Below are positions 39,128 through 49,846 of a stretch of 64,000 bases of DNA, in pieces (positions within the stretch are counted from its first letter, which is position 1; each line of letters opens with the position of its first letter). Source of the DNA: a virus. Lineage: Duplodnaviria > Caudoviricetes. The stretch spans positions 15,222-79,221 of IMG/VR virus record IMGVR_UViG_2974512403_000001. One strand, given 5' to 3'. The position numbers and the translations under genes were made by a program. Below the pieces are notes generated by a model that saw nothing but the letters and a program-made list of their open reading frames with translations, did no database searches and was not told the origin of the DNA.

Positions 39128-41521
39128 CTAACCATCATCAACATCATCACTATCGTCGCTTCCGTTATTATCATCGTTGACAATTGGCATTGCCGGACGA
39201 TAGACAATATCAGTTGAATATTGCATTTGTTTCTTCGGCGGATTACCGTCCGGTGGTGTGACATTAAATGAGTGTACAAGTGTTTTCTTTCCGTTTATAG
39301 TCGCAAATGATAGACTTTCTGGTTCAATGATTTGATTAGAAAGACCCAAACCAATTAATGTATCATAATATGGGTGCATGACTTCTCCGCGATGTAATAA
39401 ATTAACGCAATAGAAAGAGCATGTTTTCCCTAAATACTGGTTGCCAACGCTCCAATAAACATAAGGGAAATCAAGCGCCTGTCCTTGGAATATATCATCA
39501 TCACCGACAAAGTCATAATCGAGCATATTTATCGTATACATAACCGTTTTTACACCGGCTAGTAGATCAGATACGTTTAAAACAAAGAACATATAGCCAC
39601 CACTACTATATCCGGCAACATTGTGCTCTCTGTCAAATGCCACCCTTGGATAGCCCCCTGGAGTAATTAAGTGATCAGTGTCATTAATTCCCAATGTTTT
39701 GCCACCCTGATACTTAAACCTAACGATGTCCCAGTTACCTGAACTATTACGTTGATTACACATAATCCATGGTTGCCCTTCTTGATACATAACTCCAAAG
39801 GTAGTACCATGTCCTCCACCAGTTAAAACCATTTTATCTATAAGCTTGAAATCTTTATCACGGTGCATAAAATTGCAATCGTCCCCACTAGTAGCAGCAG
39901 ATTCGTACCACGTACCATCATCTAACTGCTCTAAGTGTTGGGCAATACGGTGAACATCACTATCATATGGATCAAACTCTCCGATTTTAACATAGTTGTT
40001 TTGATTGATTGACAATTCAGGATCTTCTGATATGTAGTCACCATCAATATAGGCTCGAATATTCCCCATAAGTGATGGAGTTACATTTATAATGTCTCCT
40101 GTTTGTTCCCAGTTAGGATCTATTGAGCCATCTGTATTCACGTGTCGCCAAGCAAACCCTTTACTATCAACGTAAGTACTAATGTTTTGCTTACCAACCC
40201 ATGCACTCAGAAGCAGTCTTTTTGATGTTTCACCTTGCGCAAAGTCTAACCCATCTGGATGAGATAATACAGGAGTGATTGCAGTTGCGTCACTTAGTGC
40301 TTTAGAAACTGCATCTTCTAGCGCTGATTGGTAATCTGTCAACCATGAAGGAGTGGCGACTGGAACTGTTACAAATTCACCAAAAGCAATAGTGCTTGAA
40401 TATGGAGATGCAAAGCTAATCGTACGTTGAATGACGCGTCCAGTTGCATCGAGAGCCGGAGTAATGTGATCATCTTTAAATCTAATTGTCGTTCCTAGAG
40501 GTGGCAAAAATCCGGGAGCAACATTCACCTCATAATATGTCCTGGGATGATTAAATAATTTTAACATCTGCTGTGCCCAAGCTTTCAGCCCAGTGTTGTC
40601 ACTGATCTGATTTGCAGTAATGACGCCTTCCAGATACTTTCCTTGGAGAGACCCCTCATAATTGTACAATTGATTAGCGTCATCATCGACAATATATGTC
40701 GCACCATTGTTGTGTGGTGCCATTGTTGACCCATTTTCACCATAAGCGTATAATTTAGTGATGGGTGCAGCGACTGTTGTTCGCTTAATATTCGTTATAT
40801 TTTGTCCAAAAATAGCTTCTTTGTATACAATATCAGAAGAAAGCTCGTCAGTGATTTCAACAATCTTATCTACTATTTTACCTTGCGTATTAATTGTAAC
40901 GTAAGCATCAATTTCAACGTCAAACAATTGTATTGCACTTTGGAGCAAGACGGTACCTTTTGTCTTACCATCAAACATATCTGTGCTAACTAAATTTACG
41001 TTTGATGTATTATAATCAACTTGCCAGCCGGAGTTCTGAAAAACTTTGCTAAATACTTGCTCAGCGTTCTGGCTTGTAACAGTTGACTTAATTGGAATAG
41101 TGAAGGCCAAATCTCGAAGCATTAAATTACATACATAAGCTACAGTGTTGACAGACGACGTGATTGTTGTTTCTTCTGATGTTGAGTAAATATACATAAC
41201 ATACCATCTATTCAAATAATCGTCATGATATGCTAGATAGTTTCCTGATACTACTTTGTCACTATCTGGTTGTCCTTGTGGGACTGTAACAGTTCCTTTA
41301 TGGTCGAATTTTTTAGATTGAGCATTCAGATTAACCGTCCCTTGGTAGTTATCCTCTGTCCCAACACTAACATCATCGTCATATTCTGTACTAGTAGCAT
41401 CTGAATCTGCTAGTTGCATTGAAATTGAATCACTAGTAAATTTAGTAGCTCCATCGACGGTTAGTAACCCGACATTATTAAAATGAGAATCTAAAATTAA
41501 ATATTGATTACCAAGTGACAT
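39128..41521 (-). CDS. Tal / prophage tail endopeptidase-like baseplate hub with C-terminal propeller-like domain
   Basis: position after Dit; ITKLYAYG motif; likely ATG 41521. Confidence 0.75.
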   Translation of the reverse strand: MSLGNQYLILDSHFNNVGLLTVDGATKFTSDSISMQLADSDATSTEYDDDVSVGTEDNYQGTVNLNAQSKKFDHKGTVTVPQGQPDSDKVVSGNYLAYHDDYLNRWYVMYIYSTSEETTITSSVNTVAYVCNLMLRDLAFTIPIKSTVTSQNAEQVFSKVFQNSGWQVDYNTSNVNLVSTDMFDGKTKGTVLLQSAIQLFDVEIDAYVTINTQGKIVDKIVEITDELSSDIVYKEAIFGQNITNIKRTTVAAPITKLYAYGENGSTMAPHNNGATYIVDDDANQLYNYEGSLQGKYLEGVITANQISDNTGLKAWAQQMLKLFNHPRTYYEVNVAPGFLPPLGTTIRFKDDHITPALDATGRVIQRTISFASPYSSTIAFGEFVTVPVATPSWLTDYQSALEDAVSKALSDATAITPVLSHPDGLDFAQGETSKRLLLSAWVGKQNISTYVDSKGFAWRHVNTDGSIDPNWEQTGDIINVTPSLMGNIRAYIDGDYISEDPELSINQNNYVKIGEFDPYDSDVHRIAQHLEQLDDGTWYESAATSGDDCNFMHRDKDFKLIDKMVLTGGGHGTTFGVMYQEGQPWIMCNQRNSSGNWDIVRFKYQGGKTLGINDTDHLITPGGYPRVAFDREHNVAGYSSGGYMFFVLNVSDLLAGVKTVMYTINMLDYDFVGDDDIFQGQALDFPYVYWSVGNQYLGKTCSFYCVNLLHRGEVMHPYYDTLIGLGLSNQIIEPESLSFATINGKKTLVHSFNVTPPDGNPPKKQMQYSTDIVYRPAMPIVNDDNNGSDDSDDVDDG

Positions 41522-41569
41522 CCGTTTGCCTCCTATTTCTTTATGTACGGGAGATATTTCTCCCAAATT

Positions 41570-43348
41570 CTATAACTTTCTTGGTAGGTATTTTAATACC
41601 ATCTTGGCATCGCTTAAATCACCAACCATACTAAGTGAATTTAATCCTGGCTTTAGCTTAGGATAACTTGTTGACCAAACTGGGTATGATACTTTCCCAC
41701 CGATTGTTGTCGTTTCTGATTCTGAGTCCATCATTATTTCAGAACCAGCACTAGCAATATAAGTTGGCGTTGATGAACTTGGAACGTCATTATGCTTCCA
41801 TAAAGCTATCTCCGTTAGGGATAGATATGGAGCCTTATATGCAATCTTTTGATCATCTTCTGTGATTGAATGCTTTAGAAACATTATCCCAAAACCGCCA
41901 AGTGCAGTTTGATACTTGTCTCCAGTGTTGATTGGCTGTTGCGAGTGCGCAATTAGATATTTATTTGCGTTTGTGTAAGGCTGTCCGTTGTCAGTATTAT
42001 ATTGAACAACGGACCAACTAAAAGTATTACCTACATGTGTCATGTCCATCTTGATCCAACCATCAGTTAAAGCACCTGTTTCTTGTCTGTTCCAAACGGT
42101 TATATAGGTATCAACCTTTTCGTTGATTGTTTTTTTGGTTACTTTGCCATTTTTTGCCTTTGTTTTAACGACTTTTTGTATTGTCTTAGTCCCAGATTTT
42201 ATTTTCACGGTGGTATCTCTTTTGTTTGTAAAAGCTCCACTTGGACCTGTTGTTGTCAATAGGTCACGGTGTTTGCCGTCATCTGGTGCAAAATTTGATC
42301 CAGGTTGGCAAATCTGCAACCGACATCTTGGACGAGCATTTGAACTATACCCGACAATACAGAAATTGCCGATGGTCTTACCACCAGAATCAGTCCATTG
42401 AAATTGAACGGCACCCATACCACGTTCATTGTGAGTACCACCGTAGCGTCCGTAGTGAATACCGGCACGTAAGCGCCATTCTGATAATGATTGGGTCAAT
42501 CCAGTATATCTTAACGCAGGACCATACCAACCAGATTGATGATCGCCAAACTGTTGGTTAGTACCATCAGCGTCACGCTTTACTGTCATCGCAGAAGTGT
42601 TGTCATTGATCATTGCTGTTCCCTGGAAGACGGTCGGATCGCCGCCGTTTGGACCAACTAGCCCACCAATAGCGCTGGTGTCATTTGACCACATTGCCAT
42701 TGTTTCGACGGGATCATCAAGCACCTTTTCCCATTCTTGAACAGCCCGATCTTGTTCTAATGGGTCTTCTGGACCGATTCCGTAATTGCCACCATTTAAT
42801 GTATACCCAACATATTTCAAGGCTCGTTTAGGAATTATTTGAATAACAGGTTCAGTTTGAGCCGTCCCATCAACCGTAATAGTATTCAAACCATTTTTCA
42901 AAGGAACCTCTACTTGCGGCAAAGTCGCCCGTGGATCTGACATAACAAATGTGATTGTCGATGTTGTGTCCCAAACACCTTCTTGAACAGCTTGGGGGTC
43001 GCTAATTGCAGTAATATGTCCCCAATAAGTTAGATCTGGTTGAAAACCAAACACTAACGGAATCTCTTGGTTATTATCAGCTTCGTCAGTTAATAATAAT
43101 CCGGCTAATGTCTGAGTGTAGTCTAAGTAAGACTTTGAATTCTGCGGCGCCATAATTGTAATTGGAATATTAATTGTCTTTGAAGTATAATCCATCCCGC
43201 CATAATAATTACCATATTTTGCGGGAATATCAGTCGCGAGTTCTGACATTGTCGGTGCGATTGGTGGGAGCACCATTCCCATAATGACGTGTAAGTCCGT
43301 GCGACTATTAAGGCCGCCTAAACTAAATTCATCTTCTTTTAATGCCAA
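41570..43348 (-). CDS. evolved distal tail protein (Dit) with insertion
   Basis: FSLGGLNS N-terminus, YPKLKPGLNSL C-terminus, 592 aa. Confidence 0.8.
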   Translation of the reverse strand: MALKEDEFSLGGLNSRTDLHVIMGMVLPPIAPTMSELATDIPAKYGNYYGGMDYTSKTINIPITIMAPQNSKSYLDYTQTLAGLLLTDEADNNQEIPLVFGFQPDLTYWGHITAISDPQAVQEGVWDTTSTITFVMSDPRATLPQVEVPLKNGLNTITVDGTAQTEPVIQIIPKRALKYVGYTLNGGNYGIGPEDPLEQDRAVQEWEKVLDDPVETMAMWSNDTSAIGGLVGPNGGDPTVFQGTAMINDNTSAMTVKRDADGTNQQFGDHQSGWYGPALRYTGLTQSLSEWRLRAGIHYGRYGGTHNERGMGAVQFQWTDSGGKTIGNFCIVGYSSNARPRCRLQICQPGSNFAPDDGKHRDLLTTTGPSGAFTNKRDTTVKIKSGTKTIQKVVKTKAKNGKVTKKTINEKVDTYITVWNRQETGALTDGWIKMDMTHVGNTFSWSVVQYNTDNGQPYTNANKYLIAHSQQPINTGDKYQTALGGFGIMFLKHSITEDDQKIAYKAPYLSLTEIALWKHNDVPSSSTPTYIASAGSEIMMDSESETTTIGGKVSYPVWSTSYPKLKPGLNSLSMVGDLSDAKMVLKYLPRKL

Positions 43349-43410
43349 CGGTTTTAACCTCCCACTCTCTATTATATGTACATGGGGGGAAATATTCCCC
43401 CATAAAATGG

Positions 43411-46400
43411 TTAATTTATCAGATGATTGTAAACATCTTTTGGCTTCTGTTGTCGTTTAACCGAATCGTAAATACTTTGATCAGTAATAACAGCAAGGTT
43501 TGGAGTGTTAGCTGATCCTAATAAAGCTTGCAGCAGTGCGTTCGTCTGTTGCTGTAATGTTACCAGTTGAGAGAGCGTACTATTATCAATATTATTAGAG
43601 TTATTAGACGAGTTTGCGATGCTACCACTTTCAAGATAGTTAATTGATTGCTTCAACTGTCTGATAGCAGCATCCTTATCGGTTAAAGAAACGACCATTT
43701 CTGGCTTGTTCTTTTCAGCGATGTTAATCGTCTGAGCTCTGTCAACTAATCCACCATGTTCCATACCCTTGATGTAACGATAGGCTGCGGATGCGTTAGC
43801 CAACCGTGTACCACCAGTCGAATCCATGGCGCCACCAGATTCCCATGTTGCAAAGAACTTTTGTGCGGCGGCAGTAGGACTTGTCATACGTAATACGGCC
43901 TTCAACATTCCGTTTGCGCCAGGTTCATTTAAGGCGTAGCCAATTTGACCGGCAGCAGAGTTCCATGCGTAACCGTGTCTTCTTAGCCAACTTCTTAAAC
44001 CAGTTTCACGAGTAAACGTCCATTGGCCTAGCCCAGTACCGTGATCACTACTATTGACAGCAGATGGATTTAAGTTAGATTCTTGAATCCAGTTACCCAA
44101 AATACCAGCAATACCACCGTTATTGGAAGCTGGATAGCCTTGTTTGAATGCTTTAGCTAACGCACGAGCGCGTGAAGCAACACTACCACTAAGCTTAACA
44201 TTACCAACAAGTTGTTCGTCTTGTCCAGCTTTCAGCATCTTCTTGAACCAGCTAGTTAATGTGTTTACCACAATATCGCCGGTCATACCAACGGCTTTAG
44301 CGGCTAGACCGCCACCTTTTGCCAAAGCATTCAATGGTGAAGCGATCATGGCCGATAAATATTTCCCAGGAGACTTGATCATCTTGCCTAGATTATCAAT
44401 CAGCTTAGATGCTTTAGTTTCAACACCAGAGAACCATTTGCCGACTCCATGTACAGCGCCACCAATAGCACTACCAATACCATCTAGCCATCCAGTAGCA
44501 CCAGCGAAAGCTGGAATGCTTTGTCCGCGTTCTAGGTATGGCTGTACCATTCTAGCATCTTCGCCCTTAGCAATTTCAGTGCCCTTTGGAAGATTTACAA
44601 TGATATTTCGCTTATTAGGAAACATTCCCATACGCCCGTCTGGTAGTTTGTAAGCTTCGCGCCAATATTTAGACTTAGCATCGTTTACCAGCGCTGGACC
44701 ACCAGCAGTACCTTTTGCATAGGTACTTAACTTAGCTGATCCATAGCTTGCAGTTCCAAGTCTAAAGCTCTTGCCGACACCGATTTTCTTTTCGACACCA
44801 TTAATAGCATCTGCAACGGCATTCCAACCTTTAACAACAGGATGAATGACACCATTATTGACGATTCCGGCCATTGAATTCCAGATACCATGCCAAGCGC
44901 CCCTTAAAGCGCTAGAGATTCGCCCTGGTAATTTCTTAAAGAAACTAGCCATGTTATCCCCAAAAGTTTTGATCTTCTTCCAGATGTTTGAAACCCATCC
45001 ACCAATGGTACTAGAAACTGCCTTCCATAATTTTGCTACGGGGGACAATATCTTTTGGAACCACTTTACAACATTGTTATAGATGTTATGAACCCAAGAA
45101 CCAATGGTGTTTGAGATGGACTTCCACCATCTTGACGCCGTCTTAGAGACAGATTGCCACGCCTTTGCAACTGGGCTTAATATTTTACCGATCCACTTAG
45201 TGACACCTGACCAAATGTTGTGAGCCCATTTTCCAACTGTCCCAGAAATAGACTTCCACCATTTCGCCGCTGTTTTGGAGATTGACTGCCATGCTTTGGC
45301 CAATGGAGACAGAAGCTTACCAATCCACTTGGTGGCTGTATTGTAAATATTCTTTACAAACCTCGTAACATTCTTTAGCGTACCACTCCACGCTTTTGAA
45401 ATGCTACTGCCAATCTTTCCCATTGTTTTTTGAATTGGTTTGACCATATTGTCAATAGTCTTACGGACATTCTTTGCCCATTTAGCAATGGTTTTACCAA
45501 CATTGACGAAAAATTTGCCCATATCTTTAGCAGCCGAACCAATTTTTTTAAACACTTTCGCAAGCCCAATTGCACCAAGCCTGATTATGATTGCACCCAA
45601 AGCTGCACCCAGCTTATAAATACCTTTAACTACCCCAGCAATATCCTTGCCAAGCGTTACAATTGATTTACCAACAGGACTTGTCTTAAACCATTTGCCG
45701 ATTTTTATAAATGGCGTCTGAATTGCTTTAACGGCTGGTGCAAAGAATCTTCCGATTCCCTTAACCCATTTCCAAATGGTTTTTTCAATACCAGATAACA
45801 TTTTACCAACTGATTTCCCGATACCAGTTTTTCCTAGTCCAGAAAACAGTTTCCCAAATGCAGAGCTAATTGACTTACCAAGACTACTTAAACTAGGCAT
45901 TTTAATACCTTTGAATAATCCGCTAAACCACTTACCGATTCCGCTAATTTTAGGAAGCTTAAAGTTTTTGAACATCTTTCCAATATTAGGAAGTTTAAAC
46001 CCTTTAAACATCTTACCAAAATTGATGTGTGGCATTTTTAGTTTTCCGATCCACTTACCAATACCACCAAACCAATTACCGATTGATTTTTTAATGGTTG
46101 ACATCTTAGGCATTTTAAAGTTCTTCATAGACTTCTGAATACTCTTACCTAATTTGCCACCCCAGTCTTGACCTTTTGATCCACCTAGCCAAGATCCTGC
46201 GAGTGATCCACCCATAGATCCTAGTTTGGCTCCAACAACAGTCCCTGCGGGTCCAAATAGTGTACCAATAGCACCACCGGCAACGCCACCAATACCTCCG
46301 CCGACAGCACCACCGGCAAGTGTTCCACCTAATTGTCCGGCTGTTTTACCAACCTTTGAACCAGCATTTTTCTTGTTGATTCCAATAAGGTTCATGGCAG

Positions 46401-49071
46401 CAAGTCCAGTTTGTAACCATGGAACACGTTTTAGCAAACCGCCACCGACTCTAGCTACTTTCCCGATTTTGGAACCAGTAGTGCCAATCCTACCAACCCG
46501 TCCACTGATTCTCTCGGCATCTTCTGTTGTGACCTCGCCTTTTGCCATTCGACGTAATACTGAACCCTTTGATCCAGCTTTTTTAGCGGCTCGATACTCA
46601 GAACGAGTTGTCGTAATTTCTTCTTCGGCGGCCTTTCCAGCTTTGCCAGCCTTACCGCCAGCTCCGCCACCAATTCCTCCAGCAACTTCGGATGCTTCTG
46701 CTCCGGCAGCTTCACCGGCAGATGCCCATGCGTCCGCAAGAAGTTTAACGGCCGCTGTCTGTTCGTCGATCTTGGCCACGGCAATTTTACTTGCACTTGA
46801 TGTATCAATTTTATTCGTACTGAATAGCTTAGACACAACTGATGCAATCGTACCAGAATTGCGGATAAAGGCCGCAACAGCACCAGAAACTAATCCAATG
46901 GCTGGCACAAGTAATGCGACAGAGGCAACGGCCTTTTTAGCGCTTGGATTAAGCTTGTCAAACTTATCCATGATAATCGTTAACGCCTTGGCACCTTTAG
47001 TGAGATATGGTAAGATCACCTTACCAAACTCAATCTCTAGTGCCTGCAAAGTCGTTTGGAAAATTTTAAGCTGATTCTGAGATGTCTTTAAGTTCTTTTG
47101 AGCCAAATTGCCGATATAGTCATTCTTAGCAGACTTTTCAACCTCACCGTTTAATTTACCCAGTGCTTTGTAGTTATCTGTTAAGATACCACCGGCCTGT
47201 TGCCCAGTAGTACCAAAAATGGCATGAAAAACATCAGTACGATCATGTCCAGAAAGATTCTTCATGTGACTATTCAAAATGCCAAAGACATCAGACATCG
47301 ACTTCATTTTACCATTTTTATCAACAAAGCTTTTTGTATTAAGCCCTAATTGTTTTAATGCGGCTGAACCATTCTTGGTTGGAGTAACCAATGAGTTCAA
47401 GGTTTTTCTTAAACCAGTCCCGGCTTTGTCAGATTCCAAACCGTTATTGCTAAGAATCCCCATGGCACTAGCGGTTTCAGATATGCTGAATCCGGCTTGA
47501 TGGGCCGTATTACCAACGTATTCCATCCCGACACCCAACGAATGAAAGTCGGTTGCGGTCATATCAGCAGCGTAGGCCATTTCGTTAACAACTTTTGACG
47601 TGTTCTTTATCATCCCAGAAGTTGAGTTGGCTCTTAGTCCAAATGACTCCAACGTCTGAGTAGATACTTGTGTAACATCGGTAAACTCGTCACCAGATGC
47701 TATAGCACCTTTAACAAGCGATCTCATAGCCCCAATCGCTTGACTGGAACTATAGCCACGCTTGATTAAGTCTTGATACCCATCAGCAACTTGTTTTTGT
47801 GTCAGCCCGTATTGCTTAGAATATGACTTTGTATTCTTTTCCATTAGCGCCATGTTGGCGTTAATTTCTTTAGTCCCTTCGGTGTTTGAACTGACAATTA
47901 AGTTTTTGGTTTTGTTAAAAGATGTTTGTAATTCAACAGCAAGCGACGTACCATGCTTAGCAACTGCGGCCATACCCATTGTTGCATACCCTGCTCCACG
48001 AGAAACTGATCCTAAAGCAGTAGCGACGCCAGAATACTTCTTCTGCATTCCACCAATCTTGTCACTAAACGAGTTGATGGTATTGCCAGATAACCCTACG
48101 TGCTTATTAAGTGACTTGATCTTAGCGTCGGTTTCGCCGATTTTAGCGCCAAGTTCATTTACTTTCTTAGCTTGTGCTGAGTAGGCAGCGGAAGTTTCGC
48201 CAGAACGAGATTTTACCAATGACAATTCTGACATTTCTGTCTTGTATTGGTTTAACAAACCCTTTTTAGATCCAACTAAAGACCTTAATTCTACCGACAT
48301 TGCGGTATAATTCTTGCCTTCTGACCTTAAACGGTTAGCTAATGATTCTGATATTTCACTGGTCGACTTCGAATACTGCTGCATTTGATGCAAACCAGTG
48401 GCATATTTTCTCTGAGCTTCTTGGGCCTTTAAATAAGACTCTCTGGCTTTTGAAACGATTGCTGATTGCTTGTTAATATCAACGCCAGAAGCACTGGAGC
48501 TTGATTTCAATAGCTTGTAAGCTTTTTCTTCACGTCCAAGTTCGTCTTTTAGATTACGAGTCTTGGCAGCGAGTAGCTCTTTGTGTTTGGCGTTGGCGTC
48601 AGTTTCTTTGCCCTCAGCGATAAGTGCCTTTTCACTAGCTTCTAACGAGTTGGTGTATGCTTGATGAGACTTCTTGGCACGATCAATGCCTGTTGAATAT
48701 CTAATTTCAGCAGATCTAGCAGAATCTAACTCACTTTTACGACGATTTAAAGCCGCATTACTCTTAGTGAGTTCGTTCGTCCAACGCATAACCGCCAACT
48801 TTTCTTTATCAGTTGTTGCGTTAGCGTTCTTCAAAGCATCTGCTAGTCTCTTGTTATAGTCAGTTTGTAATTCAATTTCTTTGTTCAGTCCAGTGATTTT
48901 AGCGTCTAGTGCGGCAGCACTATCGCCGGCGGCTTGCATCGCTGAGGAGCTTGAACGCCATTCTTGGCCTGTGGAGCGAATAGCCCCTTTTAATGTACGC
49001 AAACTCGATTGAGCCTTTGTATCATTGATATTAACGTTATATGTTAAACTACCATAGGCGGCTTGCTTCAT
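43411..49071 (-). CDS. tape measure protein with C-terminal tail-lysozyme domain
   Basis: 1886 aa, TP901-like core, Trp-spaced repeats, GILGNWIQES...GLGQWT. Confidence 0.93.
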   Translation of the reverse strand: MKQAAYGSLTYNVNINDTKAQSSLRTLKGAIRSTGQEWRSSSSAMQAAGDSAAALDAKITGLNKEIELQTDYNKRLADALKNANATTDKEKLAVMRWTNELTKSNAALNRRKSELDSARSAEIRYSTGIDRAKKSHQAYTNSLEASEKALIAEGKETDANAKHKELLAAKTRNLKDELGREEKAYKLLKSSSSASGVDINKQSAIVSKARESYLKAQEAQRKYATGLHQMQQYSKSTSEISESLANRLRSEGKNYTAMSVELRSLVGSKKGLLNQYKTEMSELSLVKSRSGETSAAYSAQAKKVNELGAKIGETDAKIKSLNKHVGLSGNTINSFSDKIGGMQKKYSGVATALGSVSRGAGYATMGMAAVAKHGTSLAVELQTSFNKTKNLIVSSNTEGTKEINANMALMEKNTKSYSKQYGLTQKQVADGYQDLIKRGYSSSQAIGAMRSLVKGAIASGDEFTDVTQVSTQTLESFGLRANSTSGMIKNTSKVVNEMAYAADMTATDFHSLGVGMEYVGNTAHQAGFSISETASAMGILSNNGLESDKAGTGLRKTLNSLVTPTKNGSAALKQLGLNTKSFVDKNGKMKSMSDVFGILNSHMKNLSGHDRTDVFHAIFGTTGQQAGGILTDNYKALGKLNGEVEKSAKNDYIGNLAQKNLKTSQNQLKIFQTTLQALEIEFGKVILPYLTKGAKALTIIMDKFDKLNPSAKKAVASVALLVPAIGLVSGAVAAFIRNSGTIASVVSKLFSTNKIDTSSASKIAVAKIDEQTAAVKLLADAWASAGEAAGAEASEVAGGIGGGAGGKAGKAGKAAEEEITTTRSEYRAAKKAGSKGSVLRRMAKGEVTTEDAERISGRVGRIGTTGSKIGKVARVGGGLLKRVPWLQTGLAAMNLIGINKKNAGSKVGKTAGQLGGTLAGGAVGGGIGGVAGGAIGTLFGPAGTVVGAKLGSMGGSLAGSWLGGSKGQDWGGKLGKSIQKSMKNFKMPKMSTIKKSIGNWFGGIGKWIGKLKMPHINFGKMFKGFKLPNIGKMFKNFKLPKISGIGKWFSGLFKGIKMPSLSSLGKSISSAFGKLFSGLGKTGIGKSVGKMLSGIEKTIWKWVKGIGRFFAPAVKAIQTPFIKIGKWFKTSPVGKSIVTLGKDIAGVVKGIYKLGAALGAIIIRLGAIGLAKVFKKIGSAAKDMGKFFVNVGKTIAKWAKNVRKTIDNMVKPIQKTMGKIGSSISKAWSGTLKNVTRFVKNIYNTATKWIGKLLSPLAKAWQSISKTAAKWWKSISGTVGKWAHNIWSGVTKWIGKILSPVAKAWQSVSKTASRWWKSISNTIGSWVHNIYNNVVKWFQKILSPVAKLWKAVSSTIGGWVSNIWKKIKTFGDNMASFFKKLPGRISSALRGAWHGIWNSMAGIVNNGVIHPVVKGWNAVADAINGVEKKIGVGKSFRLGTASYGSAKLSTYAKGTAGGPALVNDAKSKYWREAYKLPDGRMGMFPNKRNIIVNLPKGTEIAKGEDARMVQPYLERGQSIPAFAGATGWLDGIGSAIGGAVHGVGKWFSGVETKASKLIDNLGKMIKSPGKYLSAMIASPLNALAKGGGLAAKAVGMTGDIVVNTLTSWFKKMLKAGQDEQLVGNVKLSGSVASRARALAKAFKQGYPASNNGGIAGILGNWIQESNLNPSAVNSSDHGTGLGQWTFTRETGLRSWLRRHGYAWNSAAGQIGYALNEPGANGMLKAVLRMTSPTAAAQKFFATWESGGAMDSTGGTRLANASAAYRYIKGMEHGGLVDRAQTINIAEKNKPEMVVSLTDKDAAIRQLKQSINYLESGSIANSSNNSNNIDNSTLSQLVTLQQQTNALLQALLGSANTPNLAVITDQSIYDSVKRQQKPKDVYNHLIN

Positions 49072-49094
49072 TTAATAAATCCTCCTCACATACG

Positions 49095-49121
49095 AAAACA
49101 AGCCCACCAAAGTAGACTTGA
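49095..49121 (-). terminator. intrinsic terminator-like hairpin before TMP
   Basis: CAAGTCTAC-TTTG-GTGGGCTTG + TTTT. Confidence 0.6.
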
Positions 49122-49143
49122 CAAATAAACTAATCAAACGTTT

Positions 49144-49384
49144 CTAATGATCACGACTATCAAGCTCAGCTTTATGGTCTTCCATCCAATAACCCAAAGG
49201 TTCGATGGTGTCATCATCATCACCACTAACTTGACTACCATCTTCTTCAACTGTTAAAGTCTCGATAAGATCAAAATAGTTAGTTTCTTCTAGGTTATTA
49301 AAAGTATCATTATGTTGCTGGATAAGATCTCTTTCGAGACGATTGATGTTATCTAGCGTCTCCTGAAACGTCTGCGGTGTCGCT
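49144..49384 (-). CDS. frameshifted C-terminal part of tail assembly chaperone (+1 frame)
   Basis: overlaps TAC 3' end in +1 frame, no RBS, directly precedes TMP. Confidence 0.7.
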
Positions 49385-49738
49385 GGGCGTATCAGAATCG
49401 TCTTCACCATCCTCATCATCAATGTGCATGATTTTTTGAATGATTTGTCCAAATAATTCATCAGTTTCGTCTGGTTCAATGTCTTCCAGCTTATCTGCTT
49501 GTGGTTCTGTTAGCTTTAAAATGTCAGCGATAAATTCGATTGTTGCATCAGTTGCTTCTAACTTTCCGTTCAGGAATGCGTCATAAGCTTCTTCGTTAGA
49601 CATGTTCTCAGCATCAATCTTACTTAATTTTTCAAGCTTGATTTGAACCTTTAACGTTTTCTTCAAGTTTTTATTTGTTTCGTTAACTTCGATAGGCTTT
49701 TTAATTCCTAATACCTTAGCATCAATTTTGACAGTCAT
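49349..49738 (-). CDS. tail assembly chaperone
   Basis: between tail tube and TMP; ATG 49738 after GAGGAG. Confidence 0.8.
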   Translation of the reverse strand: MTVKIDAKVLGIKKPIEVNETNKNLKKTLKVQIKLEKLSKIDAENMSNEEAYDAFLNGKLEATDATIEFIADILKLTEPQADKLEDIEPDETDELFGQIIQKIMHIDDEDGEDDSDTPSDTADVSGDAR

Positions 49739-49846
49739 ATAAATCTCCTCGTCTTTCATATTAAATTATGTATACCACCAAAAGGTGGTAGTTGCTATTC
49801 AGCAACGATGGTTGCGCCATCATAACTTGGAGTTATCGACACCACT

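Noticed and set aside
44144-48859. Long plus-strand ORFs opposite the tape measure and other structural genes
   Set aside because: Antisense shadows of low-complexity coding sequence, without RBS or homology cues.
43411-49071. Repeats in the tape measure gene as a CRISPR or tandem array
   Set aside because: Degenerate protein-level amphipathic repeats. No CRISPR array or cas genes were seen anywhere in the window.
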